DNA of 64,000 nt from the NCBI GenBank assembly GCA_963662275.1, contig OY759316.1, positions 2,912,001 through 2,976,000 of the forward strand, read 5' to 3'. Source of the DNA: Candidatus Cloacimonadales bacterium. Its GTDB lineage: Bacteria; Cloacimonadota; Cloacimonadia; Cloacimonadales; DAONDQ01. Made by a program: the position numbers and the translations under genes. Below the pieces are notes generated by a model. The model had not been told where the DNA came from and did not search any database. It was given only the letters and a program-made list of their open reading frames with translations. This document shows positions 18,169-26,536 of the stretch, one piece after another (the stretch's first letter is position 1; every line of letters starts with the position of its first letter).

Positions 18169-20061
18169 GGAGATGTCCCGAAACTAAATGATAGAAAAAT
18201 AGCAACTATTAAATATTAATCATATTACTTGACATATTGTTATAGGGTGTATTGTTGCCTTTAAAAACTAAGCATAGAGAGAATTATGAATTTCAGAGAG
18301 CACAATCCGAATCAGGGGACACTCTATGGACTTAATATTGAAGAGAGAATACCTCCCCAGCACATGGTTCGTTATGTTAACGATGTCGTTGAGCAACTGG
18401 ACTTATCTGAGCTATATACAAGATACTCTGATGAAGGTACACCTGCTTATCATCCCAAGATGATGTTGAAGATCATTGTGTATGCCTATATCAATGGTAT
18501 TTATACCTGTCGGAAGATAGCTAAGGCTGTTCGGGAGAACATCAATTTTATCTGGCTGGCAGGAGAACAGGAACCTGATTTCAGAACGATCAACACCTTT
18601 GCCTGGACTAAGTGTTCTGATATTCTTATTGATGTATTTTATCAGGTAGTACTGAAAGCATCATCATTAGGATATCTTGATCTCGACACCTGTTTTGTTG
18701 ACGGGACGACGATTCACGCAAATGCCGGCAAGAATTCCTACATCTGGAAAAGCAATGCGCTTCGTTATCAGGAACTGGTCAAGACACGAGTTGAGGGATT
18801 GTTTAAAAAGATCGAGGAATATAATCAGGAAGAGCAACAGCAATATGGAACCGCTGATCTTCTTGAGCTTGGTGAGCAATTGCATGCGGTTGAATCAGAG
18901 AAAACTGCTACAGTCGCATCTGAACAGATCAGAGATAGACTGGTCTCAGCAGAAAACAAGCTGAAAGAAGCAATGTCCCGACTACAGAAAAATCATCCGT
19001 CAGATACTCGGGCTATCAAGAAAATCAAATCTCTTTTGCGCGAAATCTCCAAATCAAAGAGCAATGATATAACTAAGCTGGAGAAATATGAGCAACAGCT
19101 TGAGATAATTGGAGAAGGACGCAGCAGCACATCCAAGACTGATAATGATGCCACATTTATGCGATTGAAAAATGGACAGCTGGCACCGGGTTATGTTGCC
19201 AGTATCGGAACTTCAGAGCAATTTGTCACAGGCATTCACTTATTCAATATCCCTAAAGAAACCGTTGAATTTCCCAATCTCATGGAGCAAATGCATGATG
19301 AATTGGGACAATATCCTACCGACGTTGTTGGAGATGCTGCCTATGGCACTGCGCTGAATTTGAATTATGCTGCTGAAAAAGAGATAACAAGCTATCTCAA
19401 GACCCAGGATTATAAGAGAGATTATCGGGACTCTCTTCTGACAGGCTTCAGCTATGATGAGGAGCATGATGAGTGGGTCTGTCAATTTAATCGGAGACTG
19501 GTCAAAATCAAGGAAGAAGAGACAGAGAAGAACGGTCCGAAACGAATCGTGAAAACCTATATATGTAATGACTGCAGAGAATGTCCTCACAATAAAAAGT
19601 GTATTCCCTACAAGGATAAAACACATAAATCACTGACCTACGATCCTCATATAGCTCCACTAAAACGTCAGACCGTCAATAATCTGCTTTCTGAAAAAGG
19701 CGACAAGCTGAGAAAGCAAAGAGGCATCGAACCGGAGGCTGTATTTGCTTTCATGAAGTGGAACAGGAAGTTTGAGAGATTTACTGTCCGTTCATTGAGA
19801 AAATGCAAGGAACAGTTATCCCTCCTCTTTTTAGGACATAATATAGGGAAAATGTTTCTGCACTTACAAAATACTGAAGGAAAAGCCTGATGAAGACTCT
19901 TCCTACCAGAATTCAAACATGAATTAGGTAAATATTACTCCGTTTTTCCTTGTCTTTGCATCGCTTTTCGGAAAATATTGAGTAATTTAGTTTGCCTGTA
20001 AAAACAATCACATATTTTACAACAGAAGAAAATAAAATCATGCTAGTTTCGGGACATCTCC
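18169..20061 (+). mobile_element. IS1182-family insertion sequence
   Basis: Perfect 18-bp terminal inverted repeats GGAGATGTCCCGAAACTA (18169-18186 / 20044-20061) around a transposase gene. Confidence 0.92.
18286..19890 (+). CDS. IS1182-family DDE transposase
   Basis: YHPKMMLKI..YAY (DUF772-like), PDFRTI, FVDGTTIHANA, TDNDATFM, DAAYG, IEPEAVF motifs. Confidence 0.93.
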   Translation: MNFREHNPNQGTLYGLNIEERIPPQHMVRYVNDVVEQLDLSELYTRYSDEGTPAYHPKMMLKIIVYAYINGIYTCRKIAKAVRENINFIWLAGEQEPDFRTINTFAWTKCSDILIDVFYQVVLKASSLGYLDLDTCFVDGTTIHANAGKNSYIWKSNALRYQELVKTRVEGLFKKIEEYNQEEQQQYGTADLLELGEQLHAVESEKTATVASEQIRDRLVSAENKLKEAMSRLQKNHPSDTRAIKKIKSLLREISKSKSNDITKLEKYEQQLEIIGEGRSSTSKTDNDATFMRLKNGQLAPGYVASIGTSEQFVTGIHLFNIPKETVEFPNLMEQMHDELGQYPTDVVGDAAYGTALNLNYAAEKEITSYLKTQDYKRDYRDSLLTGFSYDEEHDEWVCQFNRRLVKIKEEETEKNGPKRIVKTYICNDCRECPHNKKCIPYKDKTHKSLTYDPHIAPLKRQTVNNLLSEKGDKLRKQRGIEPEAVFAFMKWNRKFERFTVRSLRKCKEQLSLLFLGHNIGKMFLHLQNTEGKA

Positions 20062-20138
20062 TCAGTCTATGTTTCAGACTCATCACCGGATTGAAATCCA
20101 GTGTTATTATCTTTCTTCCCGATGAGATTAAGAGCTGA

Positions 20139-20231
20139 TTACAGCAATACACAATCATCCATGCAGTTATTTCTAACGATATATTGTAAAGGGATATTCG
20201 GGTATATGCTTTTGAACTTTTAATACTTGTT
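20139..20231 (-). pseudogene. Distal part of an interrupted AAA_14/DUF4143 relic
   Basis: NKY*KFKSIYPNIPLQYIVRNN... is in frame with AFEVKWTGKQIKT on the far side of the element. Confidence 0.6.
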
Positions 20232-20351
20232 GAACGAAGCTGCAAGCAGCAGTACCGTTCGCAGTAAACTCGTGTTTCATGCATTTAAACTATTGATATA
20301 CTGAACCCTCACTAAAAGCATACTTACCCCCAAAATTAACTGGAGGTAAGT

Positions 20352-21224
20352 ATGGAATCATACGAAGTTCGCTTTTTAGAGTGCCTTGATCTTCGAGGCG
20401 TGTCCCGAGAGACAAAATACAATTACATCAGACAAGTCACTTCTTTAGCATCATATTATGGTCAAGACCCCGGCACACTATCTATTGAACAGGTAAGAAC
20501 ATATTTTGTCTACCTGCATAACGTCAAGAATTATAGTCCTCAGAGTTTAAAATCAGCCTATTATGGCATCAGATTTTTTTTCATCCATGTTGTTGGTTTC
20601 AGGCAAGAGGATTTTACCTTTTTTAAGGCAAAGATTGAGCACAAACTTCCTGTGATTCTGACCACAGACGAAGTTAGAATGCTTATCTCCCGCATTCATA
20701 CTTATGATTATCGACTCTTACTGACTCTTACCTATCAATGCGGATTAAGGATTTCGGAAGCAGTCAAGATTAAAATAGCCGATATCAACCGGGAATTGAT
20801 GACCATCACGGTAAGGCAATCCAAAGGCAACAAAGACAGGTCAATACCTCTGCCTGAAAAATTGTATCAGGAACTCCGGGAATATTGGAAAACCCATCAG
20901 AACAGACAGCTTTTATTCCCGAGCAGAAGCACCAGACAGGCTGATATTAACAGAATGACAACCTCGAACCAGATTTCTGTCCAAACTCTTCGGTCAGCTC
21001 TGAAGTCAGCCTTAAAGGAGACACGCATCCCTAAGCATGTAACCTGTCATACACTCAGACATTCTTATGCCACACATTTATTGGAAGCAGGTGTCAGTAT
21101 CATCATCATCAAAGACTTGCTCGGGCACGAAAGTCTTAGAGCGACCATGGTATACGTGCATTTGACTAACGTTTCCCGAGAGCAGTCATGTAAAATCATC
21201 AATGAACTGATGAATAAGATGTAA
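20352..21224 (+). CDS. Tyrosine recombinase/integrase
   Basis: GLRISE (R), KGNKDR (K), HTLRHSYATH, LLGH..L..T.VY catalytic set; N-terminal SAM-like domain. Confidence 0.95.
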   Translation: MESYEVRFLECLDLRGVSRETKYNYIRQVTSLASYYGQDPGTLSIEQVRTYFVYLHNVKNYSPQSLKSAYYGIRFFFIHVVGFRQEDFTFFKAKIEHKLPVILTTDEVRMLISRIHTYDYRLLLTLTYQCGLRISEAVKIKIADINRELMTITVRQSKGNKDRSIPLPEKLYQELREYWKTHQNRQLLFPSRSTRQADINRMTTSNQISVQTLRSALKSALKETRIPKHVTCHTLRHSYATHLLEAGVSIIIIKDLLGHESLRATMVYVHLTNVSREQSCKIINELMNKM

Positions 21225-22367
21225 ATGGATTTTAGCAGGATTCTCAAAAACAACCTGTCCGAGTATCTGGAAAAATATGGAAACCAGTCACCGGAAAGCC
21301 ATTTAAGAGCGATCAGAGATATTCTCCTTTGCCGGACACCTGAACTGGGCGGAGAAGTCTATTTATGCCAGGAATGTGCGGAACTGCATTATTCCTATCA
21401 TTCCTGCAAAAACCGTCACTGCCCGAAGTGTGGCCGTAATGATTCAGCGAAATGGCTGGAAAAGCAGCTTGCCAAACTGCTGCCGGTTAAGTACTTCATG
21501 GTAACTTTCACCATACCCCGGGAACTGCACAAAACATGCCTGTCAAATCAGAAACTGCTTTATGATCTTCAGTTCAAAGCATCATCTGAAGCCTTAAAGA
21601 CATTGCTTTCAGATCCCAAATATGCCGGTGGCGTTTCAGGCTTTACCGGGGTACTTCATACCTGGACAAGGCAGCTTGAATATCATCCTCATATTCATTA
21701 TATAGTCCCCGGCGGAGCTTGGAATAAAGAACGAAAGGAATGGCAAAAAGCAGGCAATAAGTTCCTGATTCCGGTCAAAGCTCTTTCGGTGATTTACCGG
21801 GCAAAATTCCGTGATTTGCTTCGACTGGAAAATCAGCATCTGTTTGGTCGGATATCCCCGCTAGTCTGGCAGCAAAAAGAGTTTGTCACAGACTCCCGAC
21901 CCGTCGGAAAAGGTCGGGAGGCTCTGACTTATTTGGCCAATTATGTGTATCGGACCGCCATCACCAACAATCGCATCCTTTGGGAAAAGGACGGGCTGGT
22001 AACCTTTAAATACAAGCCGGCAGGTTCAGCTAAATTCGCCTTTAAAAGCGTCGACTCCGTGGAGTTTATCAATAAGTTCCTGATGCATGTTCTGCCGCAG
22101 GGATTTCAGAAAATCAGATACTACGGATTTCTCAGTCCGGCGGCAAAATCTGTCTGGGAGATGGTCAACAGCTTTTTCCCAGCAAAGTCCGATTCTAATG
22201 ACAAGAATCAGACAGCTAAAACTTTTGTAATTCCCAAATTTGAAAAAGACCTCTGCCCTAATTGCAAATCAAAGATGACACAGCATGCTTCAATTACCGG
22301 AAAACCAAGATCACCGCCTTGGTCGCTGTTGTTTTTGGCAAATTGCTTTGATGGCGGTAAACTGTAA
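21225..22367 (+). CDS. IS91-family HUH (Y2) rolling-circle transposase
   Basis: Zn-binding CRT...C..C..HSCKNRHCPKC, LHTW...HPHIH (HUH), YLANY, HVLP.GF.KIRYYG motifs. Confidence 0.95.
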   Translation: MDFSRILKNNLSEYLEKYGNQSPESHLRAIRDILLCRTPELGGEVYLCQECAELHYSYHSCKNRHCPKCGRNDSAKWLEKQLAKLLPVKYFMVTFTIPRELHKTCLSNQKLLYDLQFKASSEALKTLLSDPKYAGGVSGFTGVLHTWTRQLEYHPHIHYIVPGGAWNKERKEWQKAGNKFLIPVKALSVIYRAKFRDLLRLENQHLFGRISPLVWQQKEFVTDSRPVGKGREALTYLANYVYRTAITNNRILWEKDGLVTFKYKPAGSAKFAFKSVDSVEFINKFLMHVLPQGFQKIRYYGFLSPAAKSVWEMVNSFFPAKSDSNDKNQTAKTFVIPKFEKDLCPNCKSKMTQHASITGKPRSPPWSLLFLANCFDGGKL

Positions 22368-22677
22368 GTTAATTTTACCGACGGGATTGTCTTGCCTAAA
22401 TTATAGAAACAACCGAAATATTACAGGCAATTTGCTAAAATACTTGAAAACAATATCAGCCCATACACAAAAAGTCTGATCTCAAAGTGATTTGATAACT
22501 TCTGAAAAGAAAATCATCTCTTCCATTGGTAAAAGACTCTGCTAAAATTGTAAAAATCCAATTCAACCCAAGAAATCTTCAAAAAGCAATTTCCAAATAC
22601 ATATTCAAAATCACCCTGCTACTTGAGCTTGTTCAACAGCATATCCAATCATGCCTATGATGGGAAATGCTTATTAT

Positions 22678-22828
22678 GTTAGTTTTGATTTGTTTGCCAG
22701 TCCATTTTACTTCGAAGGCATGCTGATCATCAATTTAGTTTATAATGTATCTGGCGAAGGGCTGTTGTCTTGCCGGTCTGTCTGGAACCGGCCAATGGAA
22801 TGGCTGTTTGACTTGGTAACCATGTATT
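22678..22828 (-). pseudogene. Internally deleted AAA_14/DUF4143 relic (Walker A joined to C-terminal motif)
   Basis: WLPSQTAIPLAGSRQTGKTTALRQI, then in a shifted frame DDQHAFEVKWTGKQIKTN. Confidence 0.65.
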
Positions 22829-22897
22829 TCTGGAGTTCAAAGCTCCTTCGAATTCGATGTTGTAAATAGACTATTAGGAGCTGCGGACTTCAGAAAT
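22826..22897 (+). repeat. GGAGTTCA...GGACTTCA hairpin family, copy C
   Basis: Inner stem AGCTCC/GGAGCT, 30-nt loop. Confidence 0.8.
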
Positions 22898-22929
22898 GAC
22901 TTTACTATTAGACTTTTTAATGGATCAGC

Positions 22930-22997
22930 TTTGAAGTCCGCATGCCCTTCTAATCAGGTATTCAATGATAATTTGTTTAGGGCATTTGAACTCCAAA
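22930..22997 (-). repeat. GGAGTTCA...GGACTTCA hairpin family, copy F
   Basis: Close to copy A in sequence; convergent with copy C. Confidence 0.85.
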
Positions 22998-23080
22998 CTG
23001 ACCTTCAATGTAAGGGCTTTGATGAAAACTCTGGCATCATCCAGACTGTTTTTCTTTGTATCCAAAGCCATTCTTCCCGC

Positions 23081-23313
23081 CAGCTTTATCAAACTCTCCG
23101 ACCTAAAGGTCACCTCCCTTTATCCAAAGGGAGGAATGGGTAAATACCCGCATCCTGTCTGATCTCCCTCCCTTTGGATAAAGGGAGGGATTAAGGGAGA
23201 GTTTGATTCTCTGTTCTGAAACCTGATACATGATACCTGACACCTTCTGCAAATGGATTGAGTTTTTCCTCTTTACTTCGAACTTCGCACTTCGAACTTC
23301 GCACTTCGAACTT
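23081..23313. repeat. Composite repeat with CCTCCCTTT-N4-AAAGGGAGG palindromes and an ACTTCGM heptamer tail
   Basis: Same layout at ~26055-26332 (three palindromes); parts recur at ~40728-40772 and ~48606-48703. Confidence 0.85.
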
Positions 23314-23489
23314 CTAAGAACAGACAGTGCTTGACAACAACATATAATTAGGGAAATTACTTTTAATTGTCAACTATTATGATATCTTGAGACAACGAGG
23401 TAGCGAATAATAACATCAAAATCAAGGATTACGATCTCATGGAACATTTATACTTCAATCACTATTGAGAAACGGAAGGGGAATGATAA

Positions 23490-24269
23490 ATGGATTTTAA
23501 GATGGAGCATAGCAAATCGCGGTTGGTGAGATTTCTCAGCCGGGATAAGCATCTGAATATGTATTCACTGGGCGACCTGGATGATCGGTTTTGGGAACAT
23601 AATATCTGGTATTCTCATAGAAACGGAAAAGATATCAGGAACTTAATTCAAATATATACTCACTTCGATACCCCAACACTTATTTCATTTCCTGAGGATT
23701 TGGAATCATATAAAACCTTTCTTGATAAGGTGGCTGCATATCTACCAGTCAAAGTGATGTTTCATCTGTCGCCAGATGCTTTGGATGTATATAGGCAATA
23801 TTACCGGATAAGCAGTCAGACAAGGATGCTGAATATGAGTTTGAAGGATATTCCATCTCTTAAATTACATCAGGCAGAAGAAACCATTCAACTGAAAATG
23901 AGCCATTTAACGATCATAAAGCAGTTGTATGCTGAAGCTTATCCGGATAACTTCTTTGATCCGGAGATTCTCAAAACCGGTATGTTCTACGGGATACTGA
24001 AAGATTACAGACTGGTATCCATTGCCGGAATACATGTTTATTCACCCAGGTACAAAATCGCAGCGCTGGGAAGCATCACTACTCATCCTGATTACCGTAA
24101 TAGGGGATTTGCAGGTATATTAGTGTCAAAAGTGTGCACAGAACTGTTGAGAAAAGTGGATACGATTGGTTTAAATGTGAATGCAGAAAATGGCAGTGCT
24201 ATCCATTTGTATGAAAAGCTGGGGTTTGTGAAGAATAAAGAATTCATCGAAGGGTTTCTTCTCAAGTAA
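23490..24269 (+). CDS. GNAT acetyltransferase (FR47-like C-terminal domain)
   Basis: ITTHPDYRNRGFA and LNV..EN.SAI.LYEKLGF motifs. Confidence 0.88.
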   Translation: MDFKMEHSKSRLVRFLSRDKHLNMYSLGDLDDRFWEHNIWYSHRNGKDIRNLIQIYTHFDTPTLISFPEDLESYKTFLDKVAAYLPVKVMFHLSPDALDVYRQYYRISSQTRMLNMSLKDIPSLKLHQAEETIQLKMSHLTIIKQLYAEAYPDNFFDPEILKTGMFYGILKDYRLVSIAGIHVYSPRYKIAALGSITTHPDYRNRGFAGILVSKVCTELLRKVDTIGLNVNAENGSAIHLYEKLGFVKNKEFIEGFLLK

Positions 24270-24466
24270 TGGTAAAGGATGCTCTGCTCTGTCCCTCGCT
24301 TCAGATGAAGAGAGGGTGGCGTAGGGGCTTGCGGAAGTATGCCCTTCTCGGGAGAGTTTGATTCTTTTTCACACGCACTTCAAGAAGGGTGAAGTGTTCC
24401 AGTCCGCTTGGCAGCTTTTCACTTTTAGTTATTAGCTTTTTCAGTTTCTCGGCATTCCACCCTCAA

Positions 24467-24620
24467 TAGCGAAAACATAGAGTTAGAAACGCACGGGGTG
24501 CGTTTTGCCACCTCACGGGGTGAGGCGTTCCGGTCACTTCGAACATCGTACTTCGCACTTCAAGCTGGGGTGAGGAGTTCTGGTCACTTCGAACTTCGAA
24601 CTTCGCACTTCGCACTTCAA
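24467..24620 (+). repeat. Twin-hairpin repeat followed by ACTTCGM heptamers
   Basis: Core differs from 15141-15190 at one base; heptamer runs at 24536-24620. Confidence 0.8.
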
Positions 24621-24635
24621 TATGAAGTAAGCTTC

Positions 24636-24674
24636 ATCTAGGGATTATCTAGGCTTCATCTAGGGATCATCTAG
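24636..24674 (+). repeat. 11-bp-period repeat (ATCTAG core)
   Basis: Cores at 24636, 24647, 24658 and 24669. Confidence 0.75.
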
Positions 24675-24749
24675 ACTTTTTTAGATTTTCTTACATTTGT
24701 GCTTTCTTTTTGCGTTTTCAGTCTTTTTCTGGATATTTATGTCATATTA

Positions 24750-24812
24750 TGAAGTCCACTTGCCCTTTTAATCCTATATTCATTTGAAGTTAACTTGGGC
24801 AAATGAACTCCA
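24750..24812 (-). repeat. GGAGTTCA...GGACTTCA hairpin family, copy E
   Basis: Inner stem TTGCCC/GGGCAA, 31-nt loop. Confidence 0.8.
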
Positions 24813-24885
24813 AAATCTTAGCTTTAAATAAACGGGTTTGAACTTCCCTGAAAACAAGTTTTCGCTACCGAGGATGAAAGGTCGG

Positions 24886-24954
24886 GTTTGAAGTCCGAAT
24901 GCCCTTTTAGTCAGGTATTCAATGATAATTTGTTTAGGGCATTTGAACTCAAAC
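24886..24954 (-). repeat. GGAGTTCA...GGACTTCA hairpin family, copy G
   Basis: Near-identical to copy A with one base missing in the outer arm. Confidence 0.85.
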
Positions 24955-25016
24955 TCTTAGCTTTCATGTAAACTCTAAACATTCTCTGCAACCTTTTAAT
25001 TTTTAACTTTTAATTT

Positions 25017-25808
25017 TTAATTCTTCCCATCCGGGAACATCTCTTCTACTTTAACATCGGGATGATGATAACGTCCTCTTGTCAGTGTCGCTTTCTTGTA
25101 TTGTATTGCAGCTTTCGGACACCAGTGAATACAGGCTAAACATTGGTGGCAGTCATGATTCCATACAGGCTTTCCCTTTGGAAGCGTGATATTGGCAGAA
25201 GGACAGATTTTTGCACAGATACCGCAATTGATACAATCGTCTGTACTCCAGAAGTTATGATCTGTTTTCTTTTTATTATAACCTATTTGATAAACTATTT
25301 CTGCGAATGCATTCAACACCCAGGGGTGCTTGGGAGTCGATTTCAGGACGTTATTATTGATATCCTCAGAAATCTGAACTACGGCTTTCTTAGCGTCCCC
25401 AAATAACTCAGCTTGTTTATTTTCTGCCGTAGTCGGATACATGAGTATGTAATTGCCGGGCATGAGCCGATTGACTCCATAGGAGAGTTTTAAGCCCTTT
25501 GAAGCAAGTATTCTTTCTACCTGGAGCAGCGAGATAACATCTGTCCCTCCCATATCAGCTACGGCAAAACAATATGTCCCTCGTGCGATATTGAGCTTTG
25601 TGATAAAATCCATCATCATCCTTGGCAGCCCGAAAAAATATACAGGATAAACAAAGCCCACCCGATCAGCCTGGGGCAGTTCCATCTTCAAAGTATAATG
25701 ATTGACCGGAATCAACTGAGTATCACCAAGCTTGCCGGCAATGTCTTTCGCCAGAGCCAGGGAATTACCTGTTCCGCTGAAATAATAGATCACGTTTTTC
25801 ATACTCAC
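25017..25808 (-). CDS. EFR1-family ferredoxin (flavodoxin-like + 4Fe-4S dicluster)
   Basis: YFSGTGNS; CINCGICAKICP and CHQCLACIHWCP. Confidence 0.92.
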   Translation of the reverse strand: MSMKNVIYYFSGTGNSLALAKDIAGKLGDTQLIPVNHYTLKMELPQADRVGFVYPVYFFGLPRMMMDFITKLNIARGTYCFAVADMGGTDVISLLQVERILASKGLKLSYGVNRLMPGNYILMYPTTAENKQAELFGDAKKAVVQISEDINNNVLKSTPKHPWVLNAFAEIVYQIGYNKKKTDHNFWSTDDCINCGICAKICPSANITLPKGKPVWNHDCHQCLACIHWCPKAAIQYKKATLTRGRYHHPDVKVEEMFPDGKN

Positions 25809-25881
25809 TTCCTATGGGTTGGTATTAGTTTAGTTATATGTATTATAGTTCACAAAAAAAGTCAAGATTCATTTGATAAAG

Positions 25882-25956
25882 AGAGACCCCCCTACCCCCC
25901 TTCTCAAGGGGGGATATGATGAATCCCCCCTTGAGAAGGGGGGTAGGGGGGTCTCT
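25882..25956. repeat. Perfect 34-bp inverted repeat with nested C6-TTCTCAA-G6 palindromes
   Basis: Arms 25882-25915 and 25923-25956 with a 7-nt loop; a related G/C-run element lies at ~13832-13863. Confidence 0.9.
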
Positions 25957-26054
25957 TCACTGACACCTGAAACCTGACACCTTCTGCATAGGTTGAGTTT
26001 GATTCTTCTCTCTTCTGTATTCTGACTTTGCACTTAGAACTTCGAACTCCCCTT

Positions 26055-26332
26055 CAGCTTTATCAAACTCTCCGACCTAAAGGTCACCTCCCTTTATCCA
26101 AAGGGAGGAATGAGCCAATACTCGCATCCTGTCTGGTTTCCCTCCCTTTATCCAAAGGGAGGAATGAGCCAATACCTGCATCTTGTCTGGTTTCCCTCCC
26201 TTTATCCAAAGGGAGGGATTAAGGGAGAGTTTGATTCTCTGTTCTGAACCAGAGACCTGACACCTTCTGGATAGTGTGAGTTTGATTCTTCTGTATTCAG
26301 GCTTCGCACTTCGCACTTCGTCCTTCGCACTT
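26055..26332. repeat. Composite CCTCCCTTT-N4-AAAGGGAGG repeat, three tandem palindromes
   Basis: Units of about 54 bp; homologous to 23081-23313. Confidence 0.85.
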
Positions 26333-26536
26333 TAAAAGCCTACCTCCTCAAGAATTAGCTTGACTTTAAGCTTGCATAACGATTTCTGAATTAAATATGG
26401 TATTGCGATATGTACTTTGTAGCTTATAGTGAAATTTCTGTTTCACTGCTTTCCAGTTCAGAATTGTGAATTTTTATTTGTCATTCTGAAAGTAGAGAAT
26501 AGTACAAAAAATTAAATTGATATTGATGGAGATTTT

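Larger units (their letters stand above)
20229..22680 (+). mobile_element. Tyrosine recombinase + IS91-family transposase element bounded by a shared GTT
   Basis: Two-gene module. Deleting it at the shared GTT (20229-31 / 22678-80) restores the reading frame of a flanking relic gene. Inverted motifs GTTGAACGAAGC (20229) and GCTTGTTCAAC (22627). Confidence 0.8.

Noticed and set aside
20171..20235. attC-like TTCTAAC...GTTGAAC left of the integrase
   Set aside because: Pairing is weak, and the sequence is better explained as coding DNA of the interrupted DUF4143 relic.
19913..20284. 123-aa minus-strand ORF
   Set aside because: It crosses the IS1182 end, a repeat and the next element's boundary, so it is most likely a chance chimera.
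8892..24954. Hairpin family read as a CRISPR array
   Set aside because: Copies are dispersed and in both orientations rather than tandem repeat-spacer units, and no cas genes are present.
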